Below are positions 1 to 12,839 of a DNA stretch of 64,000 nt, one piece after another. Both the position numbers and the translations under genes were made by a program. Position 1 is the stretch's first letter. Each line of letters begins with the position of its first letter. Below the pieces are notes generated by a model. That model made no database searches. It was not told where the DNA came from and saw nothing but the letters and a program-made list of their open reading frames with translations. The DNA is from Octopus sinensis (lineage: Eukaryota), in the NCBI RefSeq assembly GCF_006345805.1, contig NC_043001.1, positions 85,932,001 through 85,996,000 of the forward strand, read 5' to 3'.

Positions 1-960
1 AAAGAAATATCACATAGAATAGGTAAAGTTTTTATCAAGCCTTGTACTCTCAAAATGTGGAAAATGCGTTGGCAACTGGATTAGAGAAAAGAAATTTGCA
101 GTAACATCACTTTCAACCAGTTCAAAGGACGATCAAGGACTTGGCCATTGAAAACAAGAATCAAGTTGTGCAGAAGATCAAATCGGCAGCGTTCATGAAT
201 TGATATATGTGGCATTGTGCTACAAGTTTCTGGTATTTGCAACATATATGTTCCTCAGTTTCACTTAAAGTGAAGTTTCTCTTTTGTTTCCTACAGAGAA
301 ATATCCCAGATATTTTGGTAAAGCATTCATCTTCCAAGGAATCAGAAAATATTTCGTGCGATAAAGTATGTGGTCGCTGAACAGATAATATTGGGAACAA
401 AATTCAGACTTAAAATGCACATAATAAAAAATAAGCTCTAAAAATGAAAGTTATTCATTACATGACCTGTCATCAGTTACTGGTCACAGAAACACATCCA
501 GTACCATGCAGAAAGGGGTTTATTTTTAATGTATAAAACAATTCAAATTCTGGATTTTTTTGAAAAGCAAAGCTCTTAACTTGCGCCTTTTTTGTGCTGT
601 TATGTATTGACAAGAGTACAAATCATCTTTTGCTTGAAATCAGGTCATCCGTTGCACAAATGTTTTGTGGCTTTCGAGAAGAAATGTACTGAATGGATTT
701 GAGCTTGGGGATGAGCTGAAAAAAAAGTTTACCTTTTGGTAGATATTATTCAGCAACTGGATAAACTTTGTTTAGATGGAATAAAAGTATACAACAGCAT
801 GAAATTCATTAGTTTGTTGAAAGCATTTATGAGCAAAATAGAAATCTGGATGATAAAGGACAGTGTAAAAAACGTTGCAATGCTTGAGAAAATCTCATAA
901 ATTTTTGATGCGGGTAGTGAAATTTTGTAGTATTTGACAGTCCACGGATATAAATCCTAC
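1..960 (+). mobile_element. Decayed hAT DNA transposon transposase remnant (Charlie/ZBED5/SCAND3-like), multiple frameshifts; runs off window start
   Basis: Manual translation gives QRTIKDLAIENKNQVVQKIKSAAF (123-194), FLFC (~277-288), KSKALNLRLF (~563-592) and FELGDEL (~698-718) in the order expected for this hAT transposase family. The 3' boundary is approximate. Confidence 0.75.
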
Positions 961-1234
961 CGATATGTTCTTGAATTAAGTTATGAGAATTTGGATTTAG
1001 AATGAAATCTATTTAAGTTCTGATAAATGTGAAGAATAATTTCTGGTGATGAAACTAATTTAGAAAGACTATTATATGTTCGATGTAAAATCGATTACGC
1101 ATAGTTGGCTATTGACGTGCGATTTCCAGCCATGAGTTACAGATAGAACGTCATGTACGTTTTGTACCTATTTCAGTCAGCAATCATCTGAGCCAAGCAT
1201 TTTTTTCAAACCTGTTATAAAAGTCAGAGTCCAA

Positions 1235-1399
1235 GCATAGATATGTGGTTAGGAAGCTGCCATTGCAGCCTCATTGTTTCGAGTCCAATCCAGCTGCACA
1301 GTACACAGGGCAAGTGTTTTCTCCTATAGAATCAGGCGACTAATTTCTGGTGGCTGCACATTTAATAGACGGAGACAGTGAGGAAGACCGTCGTATATG

Positions 1400-1459
<60 letters not shown>

Positions 1460-1475
1460 CACATGTGTATGGTGT

Positions 1476-1507
<32 letters not shown>

Positions 1508-1630
1508 TCGTCTTTGGCAAGCAAGTGTTGGTTTGTTCATGTTTCCGTAACGTAGTGGTTCGGCAAACGACACCGATAGAATAAGTACTAGACTTAAAAT
1601 AAGTACTGTAGCCAGTTGTTCGATTAAACA
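1235..1630 (+). mobile_element. SINE family A copy (tRNA-derived, internal TA/TG microsatellite), degenerate
   Basis: Degenerate match to the better copies at 39590-40048 and 55112-55557 (CAAGTGTTTTCT, GACCGTCGTATAT, CGGCAAA...GATAGAATAAGTACTAG). Confidence 0.7.
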
Positions 1631-1821
1631 ACTCCACTGTTTTGTTTATTGAAGTTTGCTTTAACAACTTTAATCTGTAAACAAATTAATTGCGGATAGA
1701 AAGCTATTTCATTTATCCAAGATTCGAAATCAGCCAATGGTTTTTATTATATTTAATTTTGTAAAATTTTGTTACAGTAAAAGTAATTCAATAATATATA
1801 TACATACATACATACCCACAT

Positions 1822-1878
<57 letters not shown>

Positions 1879-1887
1879 CACACATAT

Positions 1888-1937
<50 letters not shown>

Positions 1938-1979
1938 CAACATACATATATATATATATATATATATACATATATATAC

Positions 1980-2028
<49 letters not shown>

Positions 2029-2032
2029 ATAT

Positions 2033-2063
<31 letters not shown>

Positions 2064-2249
2064 ATATATATATATAATATAATATATATATATAAACTAA
2101 ATATTGCAACACAAATGCATTACTTTCCAGTGAAGCTTTATTATAGCGTCGTAAATTTATCGACTGCTATTTCTAATAAAAATTGGTGCCTTGTTGTACC
2201 ATTATTCATTTATATATACGTATGTATGTATGTATGTACATGTATATGT

Positions 2250-2638
2250 AGTCCATTCATCCATCGATCCCTCCATCTTCATCGCCTACTATTTCTGAGA
2301 GAATCGTTGGCGTGGAGTTCTGAGACACTTCCTCCATAGGGTTCTATCAGAAGCAAGCGTCTCAAGCATGCCGAACTGAATCTATGGCTATTACTCAACC
2401 ATCTCTTTCGTGGTCTATCTTCAAGTCACATGCCAAGTTCTGAGGCTTGTAGAAACCGTTTTGTGATTCTTTTCCGTGACGAACAACATATCCATAATAC
2501 CGGAACCGTGACAGTTCAAAATGGGGAAATAGCAGATCGCCTTGGGGAGACTCCTTGATCTTTGAGGTACCACCCTCTCAAATAAGTTACACCAGATATC
2601 CTTCGGAGGAACCCCCATTTCGGCCGCTTGTATTCGCG
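2250..2638 (-). mobile_element. RTE-clade LINE 3' fragment (C-terminal RT region and tail)
   Basis: Minus strand with frameshifts reads RIQAAEMG..RRISGVTY / SRFRYYGYVVR / DRTLWRKCL, matching the RTE C-terminal pattern (RIQAAEMRFLRRI...SQLRWYGHV...DR..WR). It ends in ATGG-type repeats. Confidence 0.65.
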
Positions 2639-4623
2639 ATATTATGTAATTAAAATCTCTTTAGCTACTATCGATTATTATATTACACGTAAGCGGCCAA
2701 CTGACAGAGTCGTTAGAGCGTAGGATAGATTGCTGTGTGGTAGTCGGTCTGGTTTTCTTCGCTCTGAGTCCAAATCCCGCTAGGATCAATTTTGTCTTTC
2801 ATATTATCGAAGTCGATAACTAAAGTATTAGTTCTCTTCTGGAGTTGATTATTCTCTTTCTTTCATTCTTGCTGTTTTACATTCTATCCCCTGGAAGAAA
2901 TTGGCTGCAGTCAAATCAAGAGAGGGACAAACTTCACTGGAGAGGAGACCCCTTTCAGTCACGAATGACCATGGGATTACACATAGAAAGTTCCCCCTTC
3001 AAGGCACACGTCCGAGCGAAGTTGCTTGTAGAAGACCAGCAGTCACCCATTCTCTTTCAGTCATTACTTAACATCCATTTATTGATAGAAAAAAGAAAAC
3101 AAAAATCAAAGGTTTTCAATCTTATTTTTCAGTGTTATTTCGAAGGTAATTTTGACTCATCACTATTGGAAAGTAAGTAATGACATGTGAAATATGTATA
3201 TAAATCTATGTATATCTAGGCAGTCAGCCGCCATATAGACAATTTTTACGATTACTAATCCAAGGAGAGATCAATTTGCAGTGCATCGGTGAGAAGAGGA
3301 AGATGGTTGAGTGACTAATAGCAAGCGAGACGTTAAAATTACCTGAATGTATCATAACAGATTTAGGTGTCAACTGATTCAGCTGATCCATTTGAGCTAA
3401 GACAATTTTCTTACTAACACCATTTACAACTGTTTAGTAATTTTTAAAACATTATATACAGAAGTTTTACTAATTATTAATGTGTGAAACGCGTTGGGAC
3501 AGCTAACATTCGCAGTTGCTATAATAACTGTCGGCTTAGCACTTTATCTCTCCTGCTTGAAAGGGCTGAATCACCGGGTACCACTATATATGATAACTCT
3601 TGAAGAATAAGCTTTAATAAGGGATTTTATTTAGTATAATATTGCGCAGACTTGGCTCTTCGAAATTTGACAGACTCCTATGGACGCCGTTATAATACAT
3701 CATAAATTATTTCATGAATTCAAATCAAATGTTTAAAAATTTCCCCCAAAGTAGAAGGAATATTCCGAAAATCTTGACGGGCTCAAAGCAAATAACAAGC
3801 TTTATACTAGTTGACTTCAAAAGCACGTTTATGAGGACAAACTTAAAATTAACTAGGAGTATTTTCTACATTCATAATTAGCCAAAGAATAATAGTACCA
3901 ATACCTTTGATAATTCTTGAAGCATTCGTTTTGAGGAGCTTCATTTGCGTGTGATATCCTCAGTTCCTTGAAGGAGTCATAGGAATACCGTCATGTCATA
4001 CCGGGTAAGCTCAGAGGTTAAGGGTTGTGAGTTTGTGAGTTCAATTTCCAAACCAGGCTGTGTGTTGTGTTCTTGAGCAGGGCACTTTATATCACGTTGC
4101 TCCAGTTCACTCAGCTGTAGAAATGAGTTGCAACATCGCTGGTGCTATGCTTTATCGGCCTTTGCTTTTCCTTTGGACAACATCGGTGGCGTAGAGAGGA
4201 AAGACTGATACTCATGGATGACTGCTGGTCTTCTACAAACAACTTCCCCTCAGACTTGTACCTTGAAGGGGAACTTTCTATGTGCAGTCCTATGGTCATT
4301 CGCGACTGAAGGGGGTCTCCTCTCCAGTGAAGTTTATCCTTCTTTTGATCTGACGGCAGCCGATTCCTTTCAGGAGACTGAGTGTATGACAAACAATAAA
4401 AGAAAGAGAATAATCGACTCCAGAATAGAACTAACACTTTAATTATCGACTTCAATAGCACGAAATACAAAATTTATCCTAGCGGGATTCGAACTCAGCT
4501 CGAAGAGAACCAGACTGATTACCACACAGCAATCTATCTCACGCTCTAACGGCTTTGTCAGTTGGCCGCCAATGTGTAATATAAAAATCGATAATAACTA
4601 AAGAGATTTTAATTACATAATAT
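2639..4623. repeat. Old inverted duplication: arms 2639-3050 and 4214-4623 (~410 bp), spacer ~1.16 kb
   Basis: Arms align continuously by eye across SINE/unique junctions, roughly 80% identical. ORF-track peptides 2845+ and 4111- share KLHWRGDP.QSRMT.GLHIESSP. Confidence 0.85.
4020..4325 (+). mobile_element. SINE family C copy (tRNA-like head, central TGTGTTCTTGAGCAGGGCACT / GCTCCAGTTCACTCAGCTG block)
   Basis: B-box-like GAGTTCAATTTCC. The 3' part matches 32395-32580 (minus) and 2940-3050 (minus). Confidence 0.65.
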
Positions 4624-5298
4624 TGACTAATGAAGATGGCTGCGACAGCTGACACCTCTCAATTGCAATTCACCAGTCAGCTGAGTTAAATTAAACTTGT
4701 TAGTTGCAAAGGTCAGATGTGCCAGTCGACACCTTTCATCTGATAGGCTGCGGAAGTTGAAAGGTTTCTTTTGGAAATACTTTTCCAGAGTCTCTTCTAT
4801 ATCCCCGCTGCCTTCTGTACTGAAAATCAATCCTACCTTAGAGAACCATATTAGCTTAATGTTTTGTTTTTGTTATTTTGCTTTTTGTTGGTGGTTTTTA
4901 TTTTTCGGTGAGAAGAAAGTGGCAAGCCCTGTATGAATCCTTTTCCAATTTTGGAGAAAGTTAGGATGGAGAATGTGGTCCCCGATAAAACTTCTTAGAG
5001 CACATTGTAGTTAAAATCGGGAGAGAGTGACAGAGAGAGAGAGAGGTGGGAAAAGGAGAGAGCGAAAGATAGGCAAAGGGGAAGAATTACAGGCAGATAT
5101 ACCTAGTTATATGTGGTTATATGGGTGTGTGTATATCTGTGTATATCTGCCTTGCCCACAACAATATCAATAATAATGAAAACCAATTACATCCCCTTAT
5201 TTTTCTACTTGTGAAGTCATTCACTCGCAAATATCATCACACACAACATGGATAAAATTTCTTCTTGAGATAATACATATTCAAATAAGTAAATCATA

Positions 5299-5333
5299 AT
5301 ATCATGAATAGCGATAGCGAAACCGGTCGATAT
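5299..5333 (+). ncRNA. Minimal type I hammerhead ribozyme motif, A3:U8 variant
   Basis: ATATC-ATGAATA-GC(GATA)GC-GAA-AC(CG)GT-C-GATAT: 5-bp stem I, 2-bp stem II, palindromic ACCGGT stem III, GUC triplet. Confidence 0.65.
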
Positions 5334-5399
5334 ATTAACAATTATATTAAAACTATGGAAAGTATGCGTATTTTCCTTTTTTTAATTTCTTATATATAT

Positions 5400-6780
5400 A
5401 TATATATATGTATGTATGCATATACTAATATAAGCATCTTCTCTTCTATTTTGAATATTTGCAATCTTTCTCTGAAGAGGTTTCTAACGCGTATACAAAG
5501 TTCCATCGCTGGAATGCAGATAACAAAAACAAACCCACATTTAAAACTTGATAAAAGCCTTGTATATTTCATTATTCTGCTTATAGATTGTATTTTTAAC
5601 GTTCGAATTAGCTGGTTGATTTCTTTTTCCGAAAAACCTAGCTTATCCAGATTGTCATTTTGCCATTTACTCATAAAACCAAGAATACCGATCAGTATTG
5701 GTATAAATGTGAATTTATCTGTGCAGAGAAGCCGGATGTTTAGAAGCAACTTTCCATAGTTATCTTATGTCTCTTTGATCACATGGGCATAGCATCTATC
5801 CTCTATGATTGTATATACATTTTCTTGTTATCCCAAATAACAATGTCCGGCCTGTTATGTTTAAACTTGTTTTGATACGTATTTTCCACCAATGTTCCTT
5901 CTGTTGATGTTTCTGTATGTATGCAATAACAGGAGGATTCTCTCTATATATTCCGGGACAGTCTGTTTTTTCCAGCGACGTGTCGCGTTCGGTGGTACGA
6001 CCCTGATGACATTTTGGGGCAGCTGCTAATCACACGTGTGATGTCTGTTACAGAAATATGACACACTATATTTTCGGTTGCATCTTGGAGCTCCATGTGC
6101 TTCACTGGCTCTTTTGCTTACTAGGTATTTCATGGTAATCTCCTCTTCTTGGATTTCAAACGCTTAGGCTTGGGAGTGTGATATCATGTATCGGTTATGA
6201 ATTCAAGAGAGGTTGCGTATCACGTTGATATTACTTATTTCTTTATTGCCCACAAGGGGCTAAACATAGAGGGGACAAACAAGGATAGACAAACGGATTA
6301 AGTCGATTACATCGACCCCAGTGCGTAACTGGTACTTAATTTATCGACCCCGAAAGGATGAAAGGCAAAGTCGACCTCGACGGAATTTGAACACAGAACG
6401 TAAAAAAAGACGAAATACCGCTAAGCATCTCGTCCAGCGTGCTAACGTTTCTGCCAGCTCGCCGCCTTCTATCATGATGATATTACAGTATTCTTCAAAT
6501 CTTCGGAAAAATAGGTATGCATAGTCTTTTTTTGGTATGCAGAGAGTCTCACATCCAAACTTTTTTTATTATTTTAATCTGGCTGTTTTGAAATTGTATG
6601 GAAGATCAGGTGGAAGAGAATACATCCCGAGGACAGGTTATGAATATATGGAAGATCATGCAGAAACGAATGCATCCTGAGCAGATCACTGCCGACACGT
6701 TGAACCTACTCTTCGCGGTTTTAGCACTAATTTGTGCATTTATTTTTGCTGCTGTTGTTTAGCAGGTGTTGCTTACCTGT
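5400..6780 (-). mobile_element. R4/Dong-type (RLE) non-LTR retrotransposon 3' remnant, interrupted by a SINE
   Basis: Minus strand: CCHC knuckle remnant ...DITHVISSCPKMS (~6010-6060), restriction-like endonuclease motif KHNRPDIVIWDNKK (5821-5870), then FIPILIGILGF (ORF 5390-5749). Multiple frameshifts. Confidence 0.8.
6235..6468 (-). mobile_element. SINE family B copy (tRNA-derived; tail GCCCCTTGTGGGCAATAAAGAAATA) with ~18-bp TSD
   Basis: Head AAGGCGGCGAGCTGGCAGAAACGTTAGC. Flanks GTATCACGTTGATATTAC (6217-6234) and CTATCATGATGATATTAC (6469-6486) match 15/18. Confidence 0.9.
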
Positions 6781-6869
6781 ATGTATGTATGTATGTATGT
6801 ATGTACGCATATATATATATGTATGCGTGTATTTATGTATGTACGTAAGTATTTATGCACGTGTGTATG

Positions 6870-6902
<33 letters not shown>

Positions 6903-8149
6903 AAGTGTGTATGTTTTGTGTGTGTGTGTTTAAATAATGTTCGTTGTTATGTATGCTTACCTGCGTGTGTTTCCATTATGAAATGATAAAATAAAGAAAA
7001 CTACTGGAATAGAATTATCCTGATGGCATTTGACGTTTCTTATTGGAAATATAGTCTTTTGGTACCATCCCCCCCTACGAACATCCCGTCCCGAATTCTA
7101 TGCAACAGAGTCCTATTTTAAAGAGATATGAAATAATAAAACCTTTGATCAATATATCATGCGAACATCAATATATCATGTTCCAAAAACCAGTTTTATT
7201 TTACTAAATTTTTCATTATTTATAATATTAATTGAGACAAAGAAACTGTATTTTGGTAGAAATTTTGTAACAAAAGTGTTACAGATTAACTCGTTAGGAA
7301 TGGAAATAGAAAAGCAAGAAAAACTGTAGATAAACTGACTGACAGAAAATATGTATGTATGTATTGATGTATGTATGTATGTATGTATGTATGCATGTAT
7401 GTGTATTTATGTATGTATGTATGTATTATGTATGTATGTATGCATGCATTTATAGACATGTTAATGATCCTTGCATTCGATCTCATAATCAAACACTCCT
7501 GAAATGTCCGTATATTTACGACTGAATAAGTTCTCCGCTTCTTCCACTCCACTGGGTTACTTATGCTGAAATGTAATGAGAATACTATGAACGTTCTGCC
7601 TCAATCAATAACACTGTTTTAACGACAGAGTATTTTTTCCCTTCATTCACATTCAGCTATTATTTCATAATCATAAAAAAAAATACGACAAACGTTAGAA
7701 TTTATCAAAATTATTGGTTTCCGATTTGTAGTTTTTTTGGGTTTTTTTTTAACGAAACTAAAACGTAAAATATATCTCTAATTAAAATCTTATTTGCAAT
7801 TGTAATTCTTGGTTTGTCTGCAAAGACCGAATTCTAAAGAGATCTGAAATTTGATAAGTCAGTATCAAAATAGATACAGAAAAGAAAAGCGTGTAGGCGC
7901 CTTGCCTAGTGGTCTAGATGTTAAGCTCAAGATCAAAATGTCGTTGGTTGAATTCCTGAACCAGATGGTCTGTGCATTCTGTCCTTGAGTAAGACGTTTC
8001 ATTTAATATTTCCTCAATCTGCTAAGTTCTCTTACAACCCCTCTCATTCTCCTGCTGTCATATCGTCGATATTTCGTTGAAGCAAATATGGTTGCAGCTA
8101 CAAGTGGTTGTCTTGAGCAACGCAGACAGAAGAAACGATAAATGAAGTC

Positions 8150-8550
8150 TACCCGCGATTATATAATACAACGAGCAAAACACCCGCCCCGTCCAATGGA
8201 CGGTGCTGAGTTGTCAAATATTTAAACCAAATTTTCTCAAAACAACTTGTCCGACCGTCCCATTTTGTGGCAATATTTCAAGCCAGTCGGCTTTTTTTTT
8301 GCGCAAACTGCACGTGCATTTTTCTCGCGTACGCGTAGTATCGATCGCAACCGCTGATGTACTTGCGCGTACAAATGCACGTTCCCACGGCTTCATCGAT
8401 CGCATTCTCACCTGGAATCGATTTCAAGACTTATACACGCCCTGATACCGTCGGTATCTACATAACAAATTTGAGCGCAATCGGATGGAGGATGCCCGAG
8501 ATCCTAGAAGACACACACGGATAGACAGAACGGATTTTATATAATAGATT
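8150..8550 (+). mobile_element. Probable non-autonomous Helentron/HINE (DINE-1-like) element
   Basis: CpG-rich island in AT-rich DNA; 5' hairpin CCGTCCAATGGACGG; TTATATAATA near both ends; 3' end AAATTTGAG..CAATCGG...GAGATCCTAGAAG..ACACACGGATAGACAG..TTTTATATAATAGA resembles this class. Confidence 0.5.
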
Positions 8551-8875
8551 AACGAACGCATGTTATATGCTATCAAACCAGGATGCTTTACAGGTTAACA
8601 GATATGTTTTTTTGCTAATTTGTTTCCTCTCTTGTATTTTACATTTTACCTGTTTCACATGCTGAAATCCGATCACGCTGGGGTACTTCCTTGAAGGGCT
8701 TAATCCAACAAATCTACCCCGGTACATACTTTTCTATTCCTGGTACTTAAACTATCATTCTCTCTTTACTGAACCGCAAAGTAACGGGACGTAAATAAAC
8801 CAACATCTGATCATCAAACGGAGGTGAGACATGCAAACACATACATGCATCCTTCCATCCATCCAGCCATGCATT

Positions 8876-8909
<34 letters not shown>

Positions 8910-8918
8910 TATGTATAC

Positions 8919-9109
<191 letters not shown>

Positions 9110-9110
9110 T

Positions 9111-9260
9111 GGTGAGCTTCTTTCAGTTTCTATTAACTAAACCGACCCGCAAGGCTTTGGTCGGGATTATAGCAGAAGACACTTACTAAAGGTACTAGGC
9201 AGTAAGATTGAACCAGGATGTATGTTACGGAAATTCAAACTTCTTAACGACATAGCCACG
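9111..9260 (-). mobile_element. SINE family A, 5' half, degenerate
   Basis: GAGCTTCTTTCAGTTTC...CAAGGCTTTGGTCGG...AGAAGACACTT matches other family A copies. Confidence 0.75.
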
Positions 9261-9455
9261 TATGTATGTTTTGGGGATTATTTTCTCTGAAATATAAAGA
9301 AGTCTTGAAATTTCAAGTATAAACAATTTTATGCCAAACGAAGGAATAAAAGAAGAAAGCGAAACAAAAATAATGAAATCAGTCAATGACTGATATGTTT
9401 CTTAAATATTTCTACATGAACTAAAGGCAACTGCGGACATGGTTTAATATTATTA

Positions 9456-9654
9456 AGACACCATATTGAATTATCAGCTTCAGTGTTTTACTCTCGAAAT
9501 AACGATGGTTGAGTCACGAAGTTAATGTAAAAGATTATACGTTGCTTGCCGTAGAAAAATATAATAGTTTCGAGAATAAATTACTCAGAGAATTATAAAC
9601 TTCGTGAATTTTTAACTAAGTTCAGTCGTTCAGCATTTTTCAAGTATGGTGTCT
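9456..9654. mobile_element. Possible small MITE
   Basis: Terminal inverted match AGACACCATATTGAA / TTCAAGTATGGTGTCT (one indel). No clean TSD. Confidence 0.35.
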
Positions 9655-10274
9655 GTGTTTTAGAAACTCGTTAAATTATTCAACTAAATTCATGAATTAA
9701 ATTATGGAAGTTAACAGCCATTCACATATATTCATGTGATAAACAGACACATACATTGGCATAAACACTCAAGATTAAATACAGGCATATATGCTTACTG
9801 AAATGAAGGGAAAAACTTCGATATTCTCTTATTTTTTCGGACTCTACCAATCTCTTTTGCGCTCTCTTTGGCTGTCTGCCCGTCTTTCTTTCTCTCTGTC
9901 TCTTTCTCTCTCTTATTGTCTGATTCCTCCACTCATTCATTCTTCCGATCTTTATGCACTTAGCAGCCTCTATGAATTTCATGAGTTTGCGACGTCCTGC
10001 CAGCAAGTAATCATACACACAGACAATCATAGACACACAAGCACATACGCAATTGTATATAATATATACATACATATATACAAGGTAACATCTGTGTGTG
10101 TGTGACTGTGTGTGTGTTTGTGTGTGTGTCTGTGTGTGTTTTTGTAAATCTATTTCACAATTATTTGATATTATTTTACATGAATTATTCAATGAAAAGC
10201 TTATACATAAATCTATATATACATGCAATATATAAAAAAATATACAGTTCTACATTCCACAGATGTATGTGTGC

Positions 10275-10547
<273 letters not shown>

Positions 10548-10803
10548 AGAAACACGCATATACATTCATTTGTATGGATGCATGCATGTATTTCTTTACT
10601 GAGCTACAAAACGAAGGATTTTCGATGAAGCCTGGCAGTAATTGACGTGTCTAAAAGGAAAGATTAGAGATTGTCACAGTTGGTGGGGAGAAGAAAGGAT
10701 TGCAAGTAAAATAGATTCACTTACCAAAAAACAAAGCAAATGATGGACAGCGAAATTTAGTATGTGTTCGTGGGATTTAAGTGTGTAGGTGTGTATTCAC
10801 TCA

Positions 10804-10861
<58 letters not shown>

Positions 10862-11079
10862 GTGGAGGTATACTCGTACATATATATATGATTGTGAATG
10901 TATGTTGAATTTTCAATTAGTTGTTTCCAATTCTTCAAATGTAGGTAATGTTTACATCTGAATACGTTTTCTATTCATTCTGCAATTGAAAAAAAAAGAC
11001 AATATTACATGTGTGTGCGTTTGTTGGTGTATATACACACATACGCACATACCAACACATACGCACATACCGACACACA

Positions 11080-11143
<64 letters not shown>

Positions 11144-11164
11144 GTGTGTGTGTGTGTGGTGTGT

Positions 11165-11199
<35 letters not shown>

Positions 11200-11261
11200 C
11201 AAAGAGAGTGAGAGAGAGAGACATATATAATATACATATATATGTATATATATACACACAT

Positions 11262-11392
<131 letters not shown>

Positions 11393-11852
11393 TGGGTAAT
11401 GAGATATCATGCTGTGTAGAGAGAACGAAGTCTCTTCTGTGAAATTAATGATACTTCAGACTTGCATACATATACGCGTACAAAGTTATATACAGACATC
11501 ACTCAACATTTCACATCACCTATTCTGCCTTTTAACGATTTTTTCTTTTTTTTTTTTTTTTCATTTTATTGCCTACTGTAATTTTAAAACAGTTTTTTGT
11601 TATTGAAATCTTGTTCCATTTGATGTTTAACATTGAACGTGCTGGCAAAATGGAAGGCGGTACGCAAAACTTTGATGGTTTGTGGGCTTGTGTAGATTTA
11701 GTTCGTACTATGGGACCGGTTCACGTGCTTGTGTATGTTTACATACTTCTCTTTGTGTGTCTTATACTGTATTATCGGGGTATGTAGAAATAGTAGGATT
11801 GCGCGTGTTTTTACAACTATTTATATGTATGTATATGTGTCCATGTGTGCAT

Positions 11853-11897
<45 letters not shown>

Positions 11898-11900
<3 letters not shown>

Positions 11901-12830
11901 TAGCTGACGTACCCGGTAATTCCCGAGAAAGAGGGGCTCAACCCTTTGTTTCGTTCTCACAATGGTTTCGCTAATCCAATAACAACAATACAAAGTATGT
12001 ATCCCTTAACACGATTTTTGTGCATTTACAGAGAATACCGAACTGTCTTAGACAGGATTTCGTTTTTAGGAATTCACAATAAGTTATGAATACCCAAATT
12101 GGGAAGCCAGTTATGTAATAACATGAAATTAGCTACCCGATAGTAAGAATGCAAATAAAATAGCCCCGAAAAGAACTTTAATGCGTTCCTAGAGTATATA
12201 TAGAAATTAGGAGGAAATACTTAGTTTTTATACTATAATCGTGAAGCATGTTACATAATAACAGGTTAATCAGATATGAGATAATAACAATTCAAAGTAA
12301 ATAACTCTGAAAAGGGCTTTTGTGCGTTCCCAAAGAATATTACTCTAGTGTTAGTATATTCGTAAATAAATCACTAACCGAAATAAGTGGATCTGTTGTT
12401 TAGGAAAATACTATTTACTTGTTTAAGGGTTGTACTGGATAAATTGCGAAAATAACTCAAACAGTTCAAATACTAAGAAATATGCATACTCAATTTAATT
12501 TATGCCAAATGTTTTAGGAAAATGAATGGGTTATTTTCCTTGTCTGTTAAGACAAATTGTATTAGATATATAAGGATCTGTTCTAGGGAACCTATTATCG
12601 ATTCTTTTCAACAATATATATTAAACGTAAATTCAGTTAAACTTTCTTAATTCACTTCTTTTTTCTGTGGGTAAAATGTACAAAATTTCTTTTCTCTTTC
12701 GGCGAAATATAAAAATTAACCAACACCATAAAATACAACTTAGATGACCAATTATCTATAGCTTTCATTAATCTAAAAATGACCCATTTTTCATGCTGTT
12801 ATGCCTTCCAGATATTGTTGACATCGGAAC
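11898..12830 (+). mobile_element. Possible degraded Helentron/HINE-like element
   Basis: Starts ACTAGCTGACGTACCCGGTAATTCCCG directly after a TA tract, resembling 5' ends of this class. The 3' end is uncertain. Confidence 0.3.
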
Positions 12831-12839
12831 CAGCCACAA

